Assembly (NCBI RefSeq): GCF_009914755.1 | Contig: NC_060947.1 | Source: the human T2T-CHM13v2.0 reference genome, Homo sapiens | DNA length: 64,000 nt | Reading direction: 5' to 3' (one strand) | Program-made: the position numbers and the translations under genes | Part shown: one piece after another, positions 1 through 12,887 of the stretch | Position numbering within the stretch: the first letter of the stretch is position 1 | Layout of the letters: each line of letters opens with the position of its first letter | Notes under the pieces: generated by a model | Database searches by the model: none | The model's input: only the letters and a program-made list of their open reading frames with translations | What the model was told of the DNA's origin: nothing

Positions 1-565
1 CAAAGTAATAGCAGTAACAATGTATTGAGTAGTTATAGCATATGAATAAGTGAAATGAATGACCCACTGTTATAAGGGACATGAGGGAAGAATTGGGAAT
101 ACCATATTACAAGTTACCTTTACTACCCATGAAGTGGTATAATGTTATTTGAAAGTTGACTTAGATCAATAATGAATTTATACTGCAAACTCTAGGGCAG
201 ACACTAAAATCATTTTCAAAAGAAATATATTTGGTATGTTAAGGGAGAAGAGAAAATGGAAATGTATAAAATACTCAATTAAAACCAGAGAAAACAGAGT
301 AAGAAAGAAGGAAAAAAACAAATAATAAGTTGCAACTAATAGAAAATAGTTACAAGCATGGGGGATATTAATCCAACTGTAACAATAATCACTTTAAAAA
401 CAAATGGTCTAAATACCTTAAATAACAGATATTGCCATGGTGGATATAAAAAGAAAGACAAGAACCAACTATATGTTGTTCTACAAAAAAAAATGACGTT
501 TAGAAAATGTATAACATTACAATTTGTAAAAAGAAAATTGAAATGAGCTAGGGAAAAATATCTGA
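1..565 (+). mobile_element. Old L1M fragment (inter-ORF region and start of the ORF2 endonuclease)
   Basis: ORF 358-546 'INPTVTIITLKTNGLN...NQLYVVLQ' resembles the L1 ORF2 N-terminus (I-I-T-L-N-V-N-G-L-N ... ICCLQE); A-rich sense strand. Confidence 0.75.
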
Positions 566-1239
566 ACCACAAAAACCTTTTTTAAAAAACATTCAGTTAG
601 CATTTGACTAAGAAGAAGAAGAAGAAAACAAATTAATTCATAAAAAGAGAAAGACTGTTGTAAAATGATGTTAATTATCTCCAGTCTGGTACACAGATAA
701 GTCAAAAATAGACTGATTTCATATTTATTTGTGAAAAAATTCCCCAGTATCTAAGCACCCACATTAAAAGTCTGTTTAACAGTAGCCACAGTTGGGATAG
801 TTGAGGGGTAAGAAAAATCATTATATTCGCTTAGGAAAGTAATTGATACTTCAAATAGAATGTTCAGGAATACAGGTAAGAATAAATTTAATTGCTCAAA
901 AGTCCTATCTCCTGGTAAAAATCTATTTTGTTTTAACTTGAGTTTCTTTTCACAAGCTCATTTTAATATTGAAACAAAAATATATATACATCTATTATGT
1001 ACCCACAAAATTAAAAATAATAAAAGGTATTGAAATGAATAGGATGTGTAAGAAAGTTCTACTCATTTATATTTCAAGATCTTCTACTCCATTTGATTTG
1101 ATGTTTCTCAGTCCAAACAGCTGTGATCCCATGGCCTCATGAAGTATTTCAGTCCCACACTTATTTATACCTATGTTTTTCCATATGTCTTCTTTCTGCT
1201 TTTTATTGAATATGCAAATTCAATGATTTAAAATCAGAT

Positions 1240-1530
1240 CTAATATTCAAGAAATATTTATTGAATACCTACTTTGTGCCAGGTATTCTACTGGACATTT
1301 GGGATACAACAATAAACACAATAGACAAAATGCCTGTTTTTCTGGAACTACACTGGAGAAGGTCAATATCTTAAATTTTACACATCAGCTTTTATTTAAT
1401 CCCTCTTGATAATTATATTTAGTATTTAAAAAATATTTTATGCATAAAGAAACTGAGTCCTAGAGAGGTCAAGTGACTTGTAAATATCACATAGCTAATA
1501 AAAGGCTGGGTCAAGTTCATAACTCAGTTT
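1240..1530 (-). mobile_element. L2 3' end followed by a MIR core fragment
   Basis: 'aaatatttattgaatacctactttgtgccagg' (L2/MIR tail) and 'gaaactgagtcctagagaggtcaagtgacttg' (MIR core). Confidence 0.6.
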
Positions 1531-2239
1531 TGCATTTGACTTTCAGGATAACTTCAAGATACGGCATTGTTCTTGTTACAGGAATGATGATGCTACATTT
1601 GAGTAAGAAATGTTTCTAAAAGCAAATTGGAAAATGACCAAGCACACAGCTACTGAGTCCCATCTACTTGTTCAATCTTTTAGGATTTAATGGCCATTCA
1701 CTGATTTCTGTTGCCTTTCTTTTTTCCAGTACTTAGCACAGACATACCATCTTCAGACAGATGCTGAAGTCTGTATGAGAATCAGAATAGTTCAGGCACT
1801 TAGACCCAGTATTTGGGAAAGGGATTGATTTATAGAGAATCCGACATACATAGATGAATGTATATAGTGGATCTTAAATCATAAGGAAAAAGTCCTTAGG
1901 ACTAAAATACATGAGAATGAAGTAAAGCAATGTATTATCTTGGCATGACAGGTCATATTCCAATCAGAAAATAATTTTTCTAATAATCCATCATTTTGGA
2001 ACTATGCAAAAAGTAAGCATTTTAGAATAATTATATACCTTGTTATTATAGATTAGAATGTATGTCTACCTTTTTATAATTTCCTTTTTTGTTAGAAGTT
2101 AGATAACAGTATGTTGATTACATACAGTGAAAGACAACAATAAATAGTAAAAACAAAAATAGACCAAACATTCCATGGTGGGTTTTGTTCTGTTTTTGCT
2201 GTAGTCTCTTCTTTGTTTTGTTTTGTTTTATATGGTTTC

Positions 2240-2870
2240 CCTTGAATGATTTATTGAACTCATATGGATTTACCTTCTTGCTATACTTCAGTAACTCCTA
2301 TTCTGAATTTTCTTCTAAAATCTGAGGTCATATTTTCAACTGCTAGCTGGACATCTCCAATTACTCAGAGGCAACTAAAACTCAATGGAACTAAAAGTAA
2401 ATTAATTAATCTTACCCCACAGCCATCTCTCTTTTATATTAGCCTAAACCAGTTCATGTCTCTACCATCTATCTCTATCATCTATCACATATATATATAT
2501 GTGTATATATACGTAATATATATGTGTGTGTGTGTATCTAATCCATTGTTAGTATGTCAACAAGTATTTTCAATTTCATTTTCATAACTCAAATGGACCC
2601 TGCAAATATATCCACAATGCTTTTGTTCATGTGATACTCAGCTCTTGGCCAAACGTCTGAAATATTTATCTATTTAGTGTTCTTACCCCCAGTGTCTCCC
2701 TGTGCAAATCCATTCTTTATGCTACCATGAGAATTAAGCTAGAAAACAAACCTGATAATGTCACTCCTCTACTAAGGACACTTCAATGTTTCCCTGTCAT
2801 CCTAAAGTCTAAACTTTCTAGCATTGCATTCAGGGCCTTTCACCACTTTTTTTCCTCAGCTTACTTCTAT
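2240..2870 (+). mobile_element. L2 fragment with an internal TA/TG microsatellite (about 2460-2540)
   Basis: 'ctggacatctcc...aactaaaactcaatggaactaaaagtaaatt' and 'gataatgtcactcctctactaaggacacttcaatg' are typical of L2 ORF2. Confidence 0.6.
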
Positions 2871-2884
2871 TGTCTTCTGGTAGA

Positions 2885-4025
2885 CTAAGAAGTTTGGACT
2901 TTATCATAGGTCATGGGGATTCATGATAAATTTTAAGCATAAGACTGATATGGAAAAAAATTCCATGTTAGAAATGTCACTCCAGCTGTAGTGTGTAGAA
3001 AAATTTGGAAGCAGTTTTCCTTACGCATTTCCCCTAGTTTGTGTATCAGGAATTTCTGCCAGCGGTCCGAATTTTCCTCTTTTGGAGCTGCATTTTGCAC
3101 ATCTAATTTCTCTTTACCCAACTGCCCTTCGGATTATTAAAAGACAGTTTTTATGTCCGTCAAGAAGTTATCATAAAAACTTTGGCTTCTTTTCCAAGTG
3201 AGATGCGTCTACCCAGAAAAGAGACATGAGTTGACTTGCAGTTTACAAGGATCACAACCTGGCTACTGTGTTGACAATAGATTGTGAGAGAGCAAGGAGA
3301 CCAGCGAGAAGGCTATGGCAATAATCCAGATAGACAATGGTGGCATGAATTATGAAGGTAGCATTGGAGGCAGTGCGAAATTGTAGGATACTGATACATG
3401 TTAAAGATAAAACAAACAATACGTACCACTGTATTGAATATGGCTTGTAAGAGAAAGAGAGCAGTTAAGGGGGACTCCGAAGTTTTGAACCTAAGAAATT
3501 GATAGAATATCATTGCCACTTATTGATATGAGTAAAACTGAGAGAAAAGTAGTTTGAGGGGAAAATGTCAGTAGCTCAGATTTGAATATGTTGAATTGGA
3601 CAGGCTCATTTGTCATCTAAGTGGTGATTTAGAGTAATTTGTAGAGACGAGTATGGAACTCGGGCGAGAAGACTAGGCTGGAGACAGAAACTTGGGAAGC
3701 ATCAGCATATACATTATATTTAAAGCCTGCACCTAGATGAAATCACCAAAGGAGTGAGTATAGATATAAATGAGAAAAGGTCCAACGATTATGTTTTTAA
3801 GGCAACAATGTTAACAAGCCTGTGATATGTGAGGTATATAGCAAAGGAAACCAAGAAGGAGCAGCCAGAGGTGTTGAAAGATAATCAGGACAATGCATTG
3901 GCTTGAAAACCAAGTGAAAGAAAAGTATCTCAGGAAGAAGAAAGTGAGCAACAGTATCAAATATTGTTGATAAATCAAGTATTATGAGGAAGAGAACTGA
4001 CAGCAAATTTGGTGACGATGATAAA
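2885..4025 (-). mobile_element. Antisense L2 fragments (about 2885-3010 and 3170-4025) flanking a short unique island
   Basis: 'ggagaccagcgagaaggctatggcaataatccag' and 'agatttgaatatgttgaattgga'; minus ORF 3797-4006 'ILDLSTIFDTVAH' resembles the L2 RT motif LLDLSAAFDTVDH. Confidence 0.75.
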
Positions 4026-4030
4026 AGTAG

Positions 4031-4525
4031 TGTTCCAGTTATCTATTACTGTATAACAAATCACCCTAACATTTAATGGCTTAAAGCAACAGAACTTATT
4101 GGATTATTATCTCTTACAGGTGTCACGTTTGACTGGGCTCTGCTCAGTGTTTCTCACACTGGTCTCTCATGTAGCTGCAGTCAGATGGTGGCTGAGGTGG
4201 AAATCATCTCAGAGGCTGCCTCGGCCATGTCTGGAAACAAATGCTGATTGTCTGCTGGAGCTGTCAGCTGCAACTCCCACAAGTGGGCTTTCAATGTGTC
4301 CTGGCTTTCTTGCTGCATGGTGGCTGGATTCCAAGAATCAGCATCGTAAGAAAGAAAGCCAGGTAGAAGCAGTATTACCTCCTTTGATCAGCCTTGGAAC
4401 TCACGTATTACTTCGGCAGTATTTTCCTCACTGGTAGTAAGTCAATAAGGCCAGTGCTATTCAAAGAGAGGGAAATTAGATTCCACCTCTTGATGGGAGG
4501 AGTGTAGAAGAATTAGCAGAAACTG
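4031..4525 (-). mobile_element. MLT1 (H/I/J-type) ERVL-MaLR solo LTR
   Basis: Starts 'tgttccagttatctattactgtataacaaatcaccc...ggcttaaagcaac'; ends 'gattccacctcttgatgggaggagt'. Confidence 0.7.
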
Positions 4526-4535
4526 CTTTAAAACG

Positions 4536-4622
4536 GCTCATGCCTGTAATCCCAGCACTTTGGGAGGCCGAGGCTGGTGGATCTCTTCTCACTGAAGAGA
4601 TTAAAAAAAAAAAAAAAAAAAA
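4536..4622 (+). mobile_element. Alu 5' stub (about 50 bp) plus an A-run
   Basis: 'ggctcatgcctgtaatcccagcactttgggaggccgagg...ggatc' followed by about 20 A. Confidence 0.7.
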
Positions 4623-4629
4623 GCCAAAA

Positions 4630-6932
4630 ATGTCCCGCATCACTGAGCCCATCCCTCCCTAATCCCCCAGCAACCAAGTGTGGTGAACATCTTTGGGCAC
4701 TGGGGGAGGAAGAACACAGCAATTGTGAGGCATTGAACCCAGTGCCATCCTATCAGAACAGAAAGAAAAGCTGGACCAAACTCAAGTGCTGCTCTCCCAC
4801 AGAGGGAGCATTTAAATCAGCCCTACCAGAGGGGAATCACAGAACCCAGCAGTTGGAACTTGAGTTCCTGCAAACCTAGCCACCAAGAGCTGCAGTGCTC
4901 TGTGTCTCCAGGTAAACTCGAAAGGCAGTCTAGGCCATAAGGACTGCAAATCGTAGGTGTGTCCCAGTGCTGAACTAGGCCCAAAGACAGTGGACTGGTT
5001 GCGCACACAACCTACTGAGAAACCAGCTGGAGCAGTTACAGGAGTGCTGGCATCACCCTTCCCCTAACCCCACACTGCAGAGTTAGCAGCTCCAAAAAGA
5101 CCTCCTTTTTCCACTTGAAGTTAGAAAAGAGAAGAGTAGGGAAGACTGTCTTCCATCCTTGATACCAGCTAAGCCACAGCAGGATAGGGCACCAGTCAGT
5201 CATAAGGCCCCTGTTCCAGGCCCTAGCTCCCTGATGACATTTCTAGATACAAGCTGGGCTAGAAGGAAACTGGCTGCCTTGAAGGGAAGTACCCAGTCTT
5301 GGCAGCATTCATCATCTGCTATCTGAGTCCTTGGGCCCTGAATAACCAGCAGCAATACCCAGGTACTACATTGAGGGCCTTGGTTTAGCCTCTGAGGTCT
5401 GCTGGCTTCAGGTGAGACTCAGCACATTACCAGCTATGGTGGCTACAGGGACAAAACTCCTTCTGCTTGAAAAAAGCAGGCGGACTTTGTATTGCACCTT
5501 AGGTACCAGCATGGCCACAGGGGGACAGAACATCAAGTGAATGCTTGAGGTCCTCAATTCCAGGACTTGACTCTTGGACAACATTGCTGGACCTGCCCAG
5601 GACCAGATGGGAGCCCACTGTCCTGAATGTTGAGTCCTAGGCAAGGCAGCTTAACCACAAGCTGACTTAAGAGTCCTTGGACATTTAGAGAAGATTCCTG
5701 GTAGTCTGGCGGTACTCCTTGTGGCATGGGGTGGCAGTGGCTACAGGGTAAGGCTCCTCTGCCTTTAGAAAGGGGAGAGAACAGTGGGCAGAACTGCATT
5801 GTATGATTTGAATGCCAGTTCAGTAATTCAGTACAATAAAAAACCAGGTAGACTTCGAAGGTGTTTTTAGTCCCTGACTACTGGATAGCAGCTCTGGGAC
5901 CAACCAGGGCCTGAGGATCTTGCCTCCCCGAACGGAAGGACACAGGCCTGCCTGGCTTTGTAATCTGCTGATTTTAGAGGCCCAGGGCCCTGAGCGAACA
6001 TAGGTAGTAACCAGGGAGTGGTTATAGCAGGCCTTGGATGAGATCCAGTGCTGTACTAGCTTCAGGCCTGGCCTAACTTCAGTCATGGTGGTGGCCATAA
6101 AGCTGCTTATGTCTCTCCACCCCCCACATTTATGTGGTTCAGAACAGAGAAAGAGACTCCATATGTTTGGGAGAAAGTAAGGGAAGAGAACAAGAGTCTC
6201 TGCCTGATAATCCAGAGAATTCTCCAGGATTTTGCCCAAGACCATCAAGGCAGTACCTCTATGAGTCTACAAGAACCACAGCGTTACTGGCCATGGGGTA
6301 CCCCATAAAGTAGTTACAGCTTAGATCACAACACACAAATCCTTTCAAATATCTGGAAAGCCTTCCCAAGAATGATGGGTACAAATAAGCTCAGATAGTA
6401 AAGACTACAATAAATACCTAACTCTTCTATGCCCAGACACTGAAGAATATCTACTAGCATCAACACCATCAAGCAAAACATGACCTCACCAAATGAACTA
6501 TATAAGCCATCAGAACCAATACTGGAGAAACAGAGATGTGTGACCTTTCAGATGGAGAATTCAAAATAGCTGTGTTGAGGAAACTCAAAGAAATTCAAGA
6601 TAACACAGAGGAGGTATTCAGAATTCTATCACATAAATTTAACAAAGAGATTGAAATAATTTAAAATAATCAAGAAGAAATTACAAGAACTGAAAAATGC
6701 AACTGGCATACTGACGATTGCCTGAGTCCTTTAGTAGCAAAACTGATCAAGCAGAAGAATGAATAAGTGAGCTTGAAGACAGCCTATTTGAAAATAAACA
6801 TTCAGAGGAGACAAAAGAAAGAAGAGTGAAAAACAATGAAACATGCCTATAGGATCCAGAAAATGGCCTCAAATGGGCAAATCTAAAAGTTATTGGCCTT
6901 AAAGAGGAATTAAAAAAAGATATAGGGGTAGA
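4630..6932 (+). mobile_element. L1MA/L1M2-type 5' UTR and truncated ORF1
   Basis: GC-richer UTR, then decayed ORF1 'aaaacatgacctcaccaaatgaac...gacctttcagatggagaattcaaaatagctg'. Confidence 0.8.
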
Positions 6933-8070
6933 AATTTTTGCTTTTGTTGCCATTGCTTTTGGTATTTGAGTCATGAAATCTTTGCCCGTGCCTATGACCT
7001 GAATGGTATTGCCTAGATTTTCTTATAGGGTTTTTATAGCTTGGGGCTTTGCATATAACTCTTTAATCCATGTTGAGTTAATTTATGTATATGGTGTAAG
7101 GAAGGGGTACAGTTTTAATTTACTGCATATAGTTAGCCAGCACTCCCAGCACTAGGTATTAAATAGGGATTCCTTTCCCCATTGCTTGTTTTTGTCAAGT
7201 TTGTTGAAGATCAGATAGTTGTAGGTGCGGCCTTATTTATGGGTTTTCTATTCAATTCCCTTGGTATATGTATTTGTTCCTGTACCAGCACCATGCTGTT
7301 TTGGTTACTGTAGCCTTGTAGTATAGTTTGAAGTCAGATAGCATGATGCCTGCAGCTTTGTTCTTTTTCCTCAGGATTGTCTTGGCTATTTGAGATCTTT
7401 TTTGGTTCCATATGAATTTTAAAATAGTTTCCTCGAATTCTGTGAAGAATGTCAATGGTAATTTAATGACAATAGCATTGAATCTATAAATTACATTGGA
7501 CAGTATGGCCATTTTCATGATATTAATTCTGTCTATCCACAACCGTAGAATGCTTTTCTATTTGTTTCTGTCCTCTCTGATTTCTTTGAGCAGTGGTTTG
7601 TAGCTCTCCTTTAAGAGTTCCTTAACTTACCTTGTCAGCTTTATTTGTAGGTATTGTATTTTTTGTAGCAATTCCAAGTGGGAGTTTATTTATGATTTGG
7701 CTCTCTGCTTGCCTGTTTTTGGTGTATAGAAATGAGAGCAATTTTTTCACATTGGTTTTATATCCTGAGACTTTGCTGAAGTTGCTTATCAGGTTAAGAA
7801 GCTTTTGGGCTGAGATGATGGGGTTTTCTACATATAGGATGCCATTTGCAAACAAAGACAATTTGACCTCTCTCTTCCTATCTCAGTACCCTTGATTTCT
7901 TTCTCTTGCCTGATTGCCCTGGCCAGAAATTCCAATACTATGTTTAATGAGAAAGGTGAGAGAGAGCATCCTTGTCTTGTGTTGGTTTTCAAGGGAAATG
8001 CTTCCAACTTTTGCCCATTCCATATGATATTGGTTGTGGATATTTGTCATACCTGGCTCCTACTGTTTTG
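6933..8070 (-). mobile_element. L1 (L1PA/PB-age) ORF2 RT/C-terminal fragment
   Basis: Minus ORFs '[32 protein letters not shown]' and '[21 protein letters not shown]' are L1 ORF2. Confidence 0.9.
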
Positions 8071-8074
8071 AGAC

Positions 8075-8294
8075 ACTTCCCACCTCACTCTCTTGCTCCT
8101 GGTCCCACTGTGTGATATATCTCCTCCCCCTTTGCCTTTTGCCATGATTGTAAGCTTCCTGAGCCCTCCTTAGAAGCAGATGTCAATGTTATGTTTCCTG
8201 TACAGCCTGCAGAACCATGAGACAGTTAAACCTATTTTCTTATAAACTACCCAGTCTCAGATATTTCTTTATAGAAGTGCAAGAGCCTAATACA
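8075..8294 (+). mobile_element. MSTB-type LTR, 3' half only
   Basis: 'gccatgattgtaagcttcctgag...gaagcagatg...cagcctgcagaaccatgag...cctaataca'. Confidence 0.8.
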
Positions 8295-8338
8295 AATACC
8301 CCAAAGTGGAATTGATGGATCATGTGATATATGCTATA

Positions 8339-8693
8339 TAATATGGTTTGGCTCTGTGTCCCCACCAAAATCTCATTTTGAATTGTAATCCCCAAGTGTC
8401 AAGGGAGGGAACTGGTGGAAGGTGATTGGATCATGACGGAGGTTTCTCCCATTCTGTTCTTGTGATAGTGAGTGAGTTCTCACGAAATCTGATGATTTTA
8501 AAGTGTGGCACTTCCCCCTCCTCCTGCCACCATGTAAAATGTGCCTTGCTTCCCCTTCAGCTTCCACCATGATTGTTAAGTTTCCTGAGGTATTCTCAGC
8601 CATGTGGAACTGTGAGTCAATTAAACCTTTTTTCTATATAAATTACACATTCTCAGGTAGTTCTTTGTAGCATTGTGAAAATGGACTAATACA
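8339..8693 (+). mobile_element. MSTA solo LTR
   Basis: 'atatggtttggctctgtgtccccacc...ggactaataca'. Confidence 0.85.
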
Positions 8694-8700
8694 GTACATA

Positions 8701-8990
8701 TATTTGGAAAGACAGGGTATCACTTTGTCACCCAAACTGGAGTGCCATGGTGTGATCATAGCACACGGCAGCCTTGACCTCCTGGGCTCAAGCAGTCCTT
8801 CCACTTCAGCCTCCTGAGTAGCTGGTACTACAGGAACCCGCCATAACATCCAGCTAATTAAAACAAAATTTGTAGAGACAAGGTCTTCCTATGATGCCCA
8901 GGCTGGTTTTCAACTCCTGAGCTCAAGCAATTTTCCCACCTCAGCCTCCCAAAGTGCTGGAATTACAGGCATGAGCCACCATCCCTGGCC
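8701..8990 (-). mobile_element. AluJ
   Basis: J-type 'cagccttgacctcctgggctcaagc' and 'ctcctgagctcaagc'; dimeric. Confidence 0.9.
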
Positions 8991-10249
8991 TGGTAATTTT
9001 ATTTTTGGTTTTTTTTTTAGGAGCCTCCATAATATTTTCCACAGCAGTTGCATCATTTTGCATTTCTACCAACAGTGCACAAAAGTTCCAATTTCTCCAC
9101 ATCCTCATGGATATTTGTCATTTACTGTTTGATAATGGCCATCCAAACAGAAGAGAGAGTATACTAACTCACTGTCACTTTGATTTGCATTTCCTTGATA
9201 ATTAGTGACCTTGGGCATCTTTTCATATACCCGTTGGCCACTTGTATGTCTTTGGAGAAATGTTTACTCAAGTCCTTTGTCTATGTTTTAATCGAATTAT
9301 TTGTTTCTTTGCTATGGAATTGTAGGAGTTTCTTATATATTTTGGAAAACAATCTTTTTTCATATGTATGGTTTGCAAATATTTTTCCCACTCCATGGGT
9401 TGTCTTATTATTCTGTTCATTGTTCCTTTTGCTGCACTTTTTATTTTGAGGTAGTCCCACTTGTATAGTTTTGCTTTTGTAACTCGTGCTTTTGGTGTCT
9501 TATTTAATAAATTATTTCCAGGCTCAATGTCGTGAAGATTTTCCTCCATGCTTTCTTCCAGTTTTATAGTTTCAGGCCTTGTGTTTAAATATTTAATCCA
9601 TTTGAGGTGATTTTTGTACATAGTGTAATATAAGGTTCCAATTTTATCCTTTTGCATGTGTCTATACAGTTTTCCTCAACATTATTTGTTGAAAAGAAAG
9701 AAGAATGGGATTTAATAATGATAATCTCACGCAGAGAGGAGTGCCAAGCCTGTAGAGAGCACACTGGGGTAAAGGGCCCTGCCTCAAGCCTGCAGATTTC
9801 TAGGCCTCCAATTTGATCCCTGGTAAAGAATTAATATGCGGAGTCCTGTAGAGAGGTCATCTTACTCTCTGTTCATAAACTGCCTTTTGACCTCTGCTGA
9901 GGAAGGGTTCTAGGCCAGCAGTATGGTGATTTTATTCTGAGTCTATGGATACTCTCTTGACCTCTGCCAATGGTATTCTGCAAAGAAGTGGTCTTTTAAA
10001 AGGACATAGAATTCCTCTTGAATTCTGATGAAAAAGAGTCTGGTTTAAATTCCTTCTACCTCTTACTCTACAGTTTATCTACATTATCATTATAGTTTCA
10101 AAACATATATTTAGACATAGTTGGCAGAATAGAGTGGTCCTCTCACTTTATAATTCTAGATAACTCTACTACTGATAACGTACCCTGACGTCGCATCACA
10201 CTGTTATTTCCAGTGAACTTACCTCTCTGGCATGCATTTTTGATAAGCC

Positions 10250-10680
10250 GTATATTCAAATAACTATTACAAAAGCAGCATGTAGACAACAGTAAAATAA
10301 ATTTGTAGAGAGATTAGGAAAATTATACTTGATGGGATAATTGAGAAAAGAAATTTGGGAAGTGGCAATTAGGCTGGTTTTGAAGGATGTTAGAATTGGG
10401 GTCATAGAGAATAGCATGCATACAGACAAAGAGGAAAACAGGGGTACTTAGACAAAATCATGGAAGTAGTCATTTTTTGTGCAGTATACGTTGTTTTAAA
10501 TAGAGATTTTTAGGAATGTGGCTAGAAAGGTAAGTTGGAGCCTGTTCATAGGTGACCTTTAGTCACCTATGAAATTAAATTTTCAATTTAGTAAATTGAA
10601 AAGAGTTTGCACTATATTTTGTAAGTGCTAAAGAGCAAGTGATATCTTTTGAAATAGGAAGTGATGTATCTAAAGCATAA
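10250..10680 (-). mobile_element. Highly diverged L2 remnant
   Basis: 'ggctggttttgaaggatg' and 'gtggctagaaaggtaagttggagcc' resemble antisense L2. Confidence 0.4.
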
Positions 10681-11869
10681 TATGCTATCCTTTTCACAAG
10701 GAACCATGAGGATAAGAACCAAGAGGATCTTGTTTTTTGGGGTTGTTTCATTTAGATATATATTTTCCCTGTTTATGGCTTCTTTTAACATTTCTATTTT
10801 TCTTTTTTTTTAACACTGTGTATCCTTGGATTTCTTTTTACCTCTAAGTGTGCTTAATTCTTCCTGGGATTTGGTAATTTATCCATCCATGTTTAAATAT
10901 ATACCAGGGTTCTTTGGGGGAACAATCTCAGCTCTCCAGGCATAGAAATCTGTTGCCTTCTCCTATAACAGCAAACATTTCAGTAGTTCCTATAACAAAA
11001 GATTAAGGTGTAATAGGGTTAAATAATTATAATGTATGCAGAGCAGGAATAACAGCACTGGTCTATCCCTGGGCATAAGCTCTCTGTCCACATCATCCTG
11101 GCAGCTGTTTAGGTAATCGATTTTCTGTAAACAAGGCATGAAAATACTCCCACTTCCTTTGAAAGGACAGCACACCCAGGGTGTCTTTCAGTCTTATTGA
11201 TTTGAAATCACATTCAATGACTGACTTGGAATCATCAAGTGGCTTTCCCTGGAGTTAAAGCACCAGAAAGATTTAATTAGAGAGCTTCAGTCCAGACAAA
11301 AGATACCATATCATTGACTTAAAATCTGAACTGAACTTCTCTTTTGATGCTGATGGGTGAAAAATGAAGTTGTTTTTGGTCGTTTCTAAAATGTTTTCTG
11401 AGGCCCTGTGGATTTCTTGAGGTCAGGCAATCTGTCTGATGAATTTATCTGCAAGCCCCAGCAGAGGGCCTAGCACTGAGCAGGTGTTATGAAAAAGTTT
11501 TCAGTTTCTTTAACTGAATGGCCTTTTGACCTATTAAAAGCAATTCAAAATCAAAGTTAATAACAAATTGATTATTGCATACTCTAAAGCTATTTGGAAA
11601 AATTTGGTTCCAAATAATATACATACCTTGTCTTTAAGTGTTAACAAGAGCAGGAAGTATCTCATGTTAAGCAGTTATAATGTGAAACTGAAAGGGGGTT
11701 TCCAATGTCACATGGAAATGATTTCAGGTACAATCCTCAGCAATAGTTGTGTTTTTTAATCACAGTTATATTTTTATCCATAACGTGGATATTATACGAA
11801 AATGTATCGACCTGTGTGAAAATTTCTTTGGGACAAATCTTCACAAAGAGATTTTTTTGGGTTTTATTA

Positions 11870-12100
11870 AGTACATATGATCACAAAAAAGGGAACAACA
11901 AACAGCAGGGCCTGGTTGAGGTTGGAGAGAGAAAGAAGGGTAAGGATTGAAAAACTACCTATCAGGCTCCAAACTGCTATTACCTGGGTGACAAAATAAT
12001 CCATACACCATCCCCTAGCAACACACAATTTACCTATTTAACAAGCCTGCACATGTACCCTTGAACCTAAGATAAATGTTAAAACAAAACAAAACAAAAA
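11870..12100 (+). mobile_element. L1PA13-16-type 3' end with A-rich tail, inserted in an older antisense L1ME remnant (about 11750-12290)
   Basis: 'gaaaaactacctatcagg...tacctgggtgacaaaataatc...cctgcacatgtacccttgaacctaa' plus (AAAAC)n. Confidence 0.8.
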
Positions 12101-12334
12101 AGGATTGTAAAAAGAAGAATTGTTGAGTTTAAAGATATACATATATTTAATTGACTGACTGACACCAAATTACTCTCCAGAGTGGCTGCACCAGTCGACA
12201 TTCCCATCAACAGTGCAATTTTGTAACATCTAAGCCTGGATTTGGCATTATCCAGCTTCCTAATTTTTGTCAATCTAATAATAAGTGCATCTTTATCGAA
12301 TGTTCACATCGATTTATTAAAGTGTTTTAGATCC

Positions 12335-12415
12335 TCTGGTTTACACATGAGAAAGCTGAGACACAGCAAGATGAAGCTCTTCGACCAAAGTCACGTAGCT
12401 ATATGTATGCTCTCA
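12335..12415 (-). mobile_element. MIR core fragment
   Basis: 'tttacacatgagaaagctgagacacag...caaagtcac'. Confidence 0.5.
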
Positions 12416-12887
12416 GGTAATAGAATTGCTTTGCTTATTGCATTTGGAGTCTGGACAATTGCCTCAAAGAATTTCTTCGGAGAATTATGTTCCAAAGAAT
12501 ACCGTTCTAATTTTTCTTCAACTAATTACTCACCAATTCTTGATTCTTTTGGATCTGGGAGCGATTAAAAGTAACTCTAGACATGTATTGTTAAGTTTTG
12601 ACCAATGAACATAATCTGATTGTGTATAAATATATAAGAGTAACAGATTTGCCTAATTTTCCATTTCTAACAGCCTATAAACATAAGGAACACACTTAGG
12701 AATGAAACTGTTCATCTCATCACAAAGAGATTTTTACACGAGTGTTTGTCATGTACTGGCACAGAATTGTGGGTCTGATTTATAACAGTCTCTCTGGTCA
12801 CCTACTCAAAACCCTGCTGTCCTAATACCACCCATATGCCAAGTCATCATTTTTGTCATGTAATTTTGCTTCTAGCCCCTTTCCAAC

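Larger units (their letters stand above)
8295..9696 (-). mobile_element. L1MA/MB ORF2 end and 3' UTR, interrupted by MSTA and AluJ
   Basis: Minus ORF 9268-9657 'KWIKYLNTRPETIKL...KWDYLKIK...QPMEWEK'; 'ggatcatgtgata' at about 8320 resumes as 'tggtaattttattttt' at 8991. Confidence 0.8.

Noticed and set aside
835-1602. Plus-strand exon-like segments 835-875 (CAG|gtaaga) and about 1547-1602
   Set aside because: Short, with modest splice signals, no recognisable peptide and no supporting chain on the plus strand.
2700-3010. Sense and antisense copies of the same L2 region facing each other
   Set aside because: Too diverged to pair or to show a local origin; independent L2 fragments explain it.
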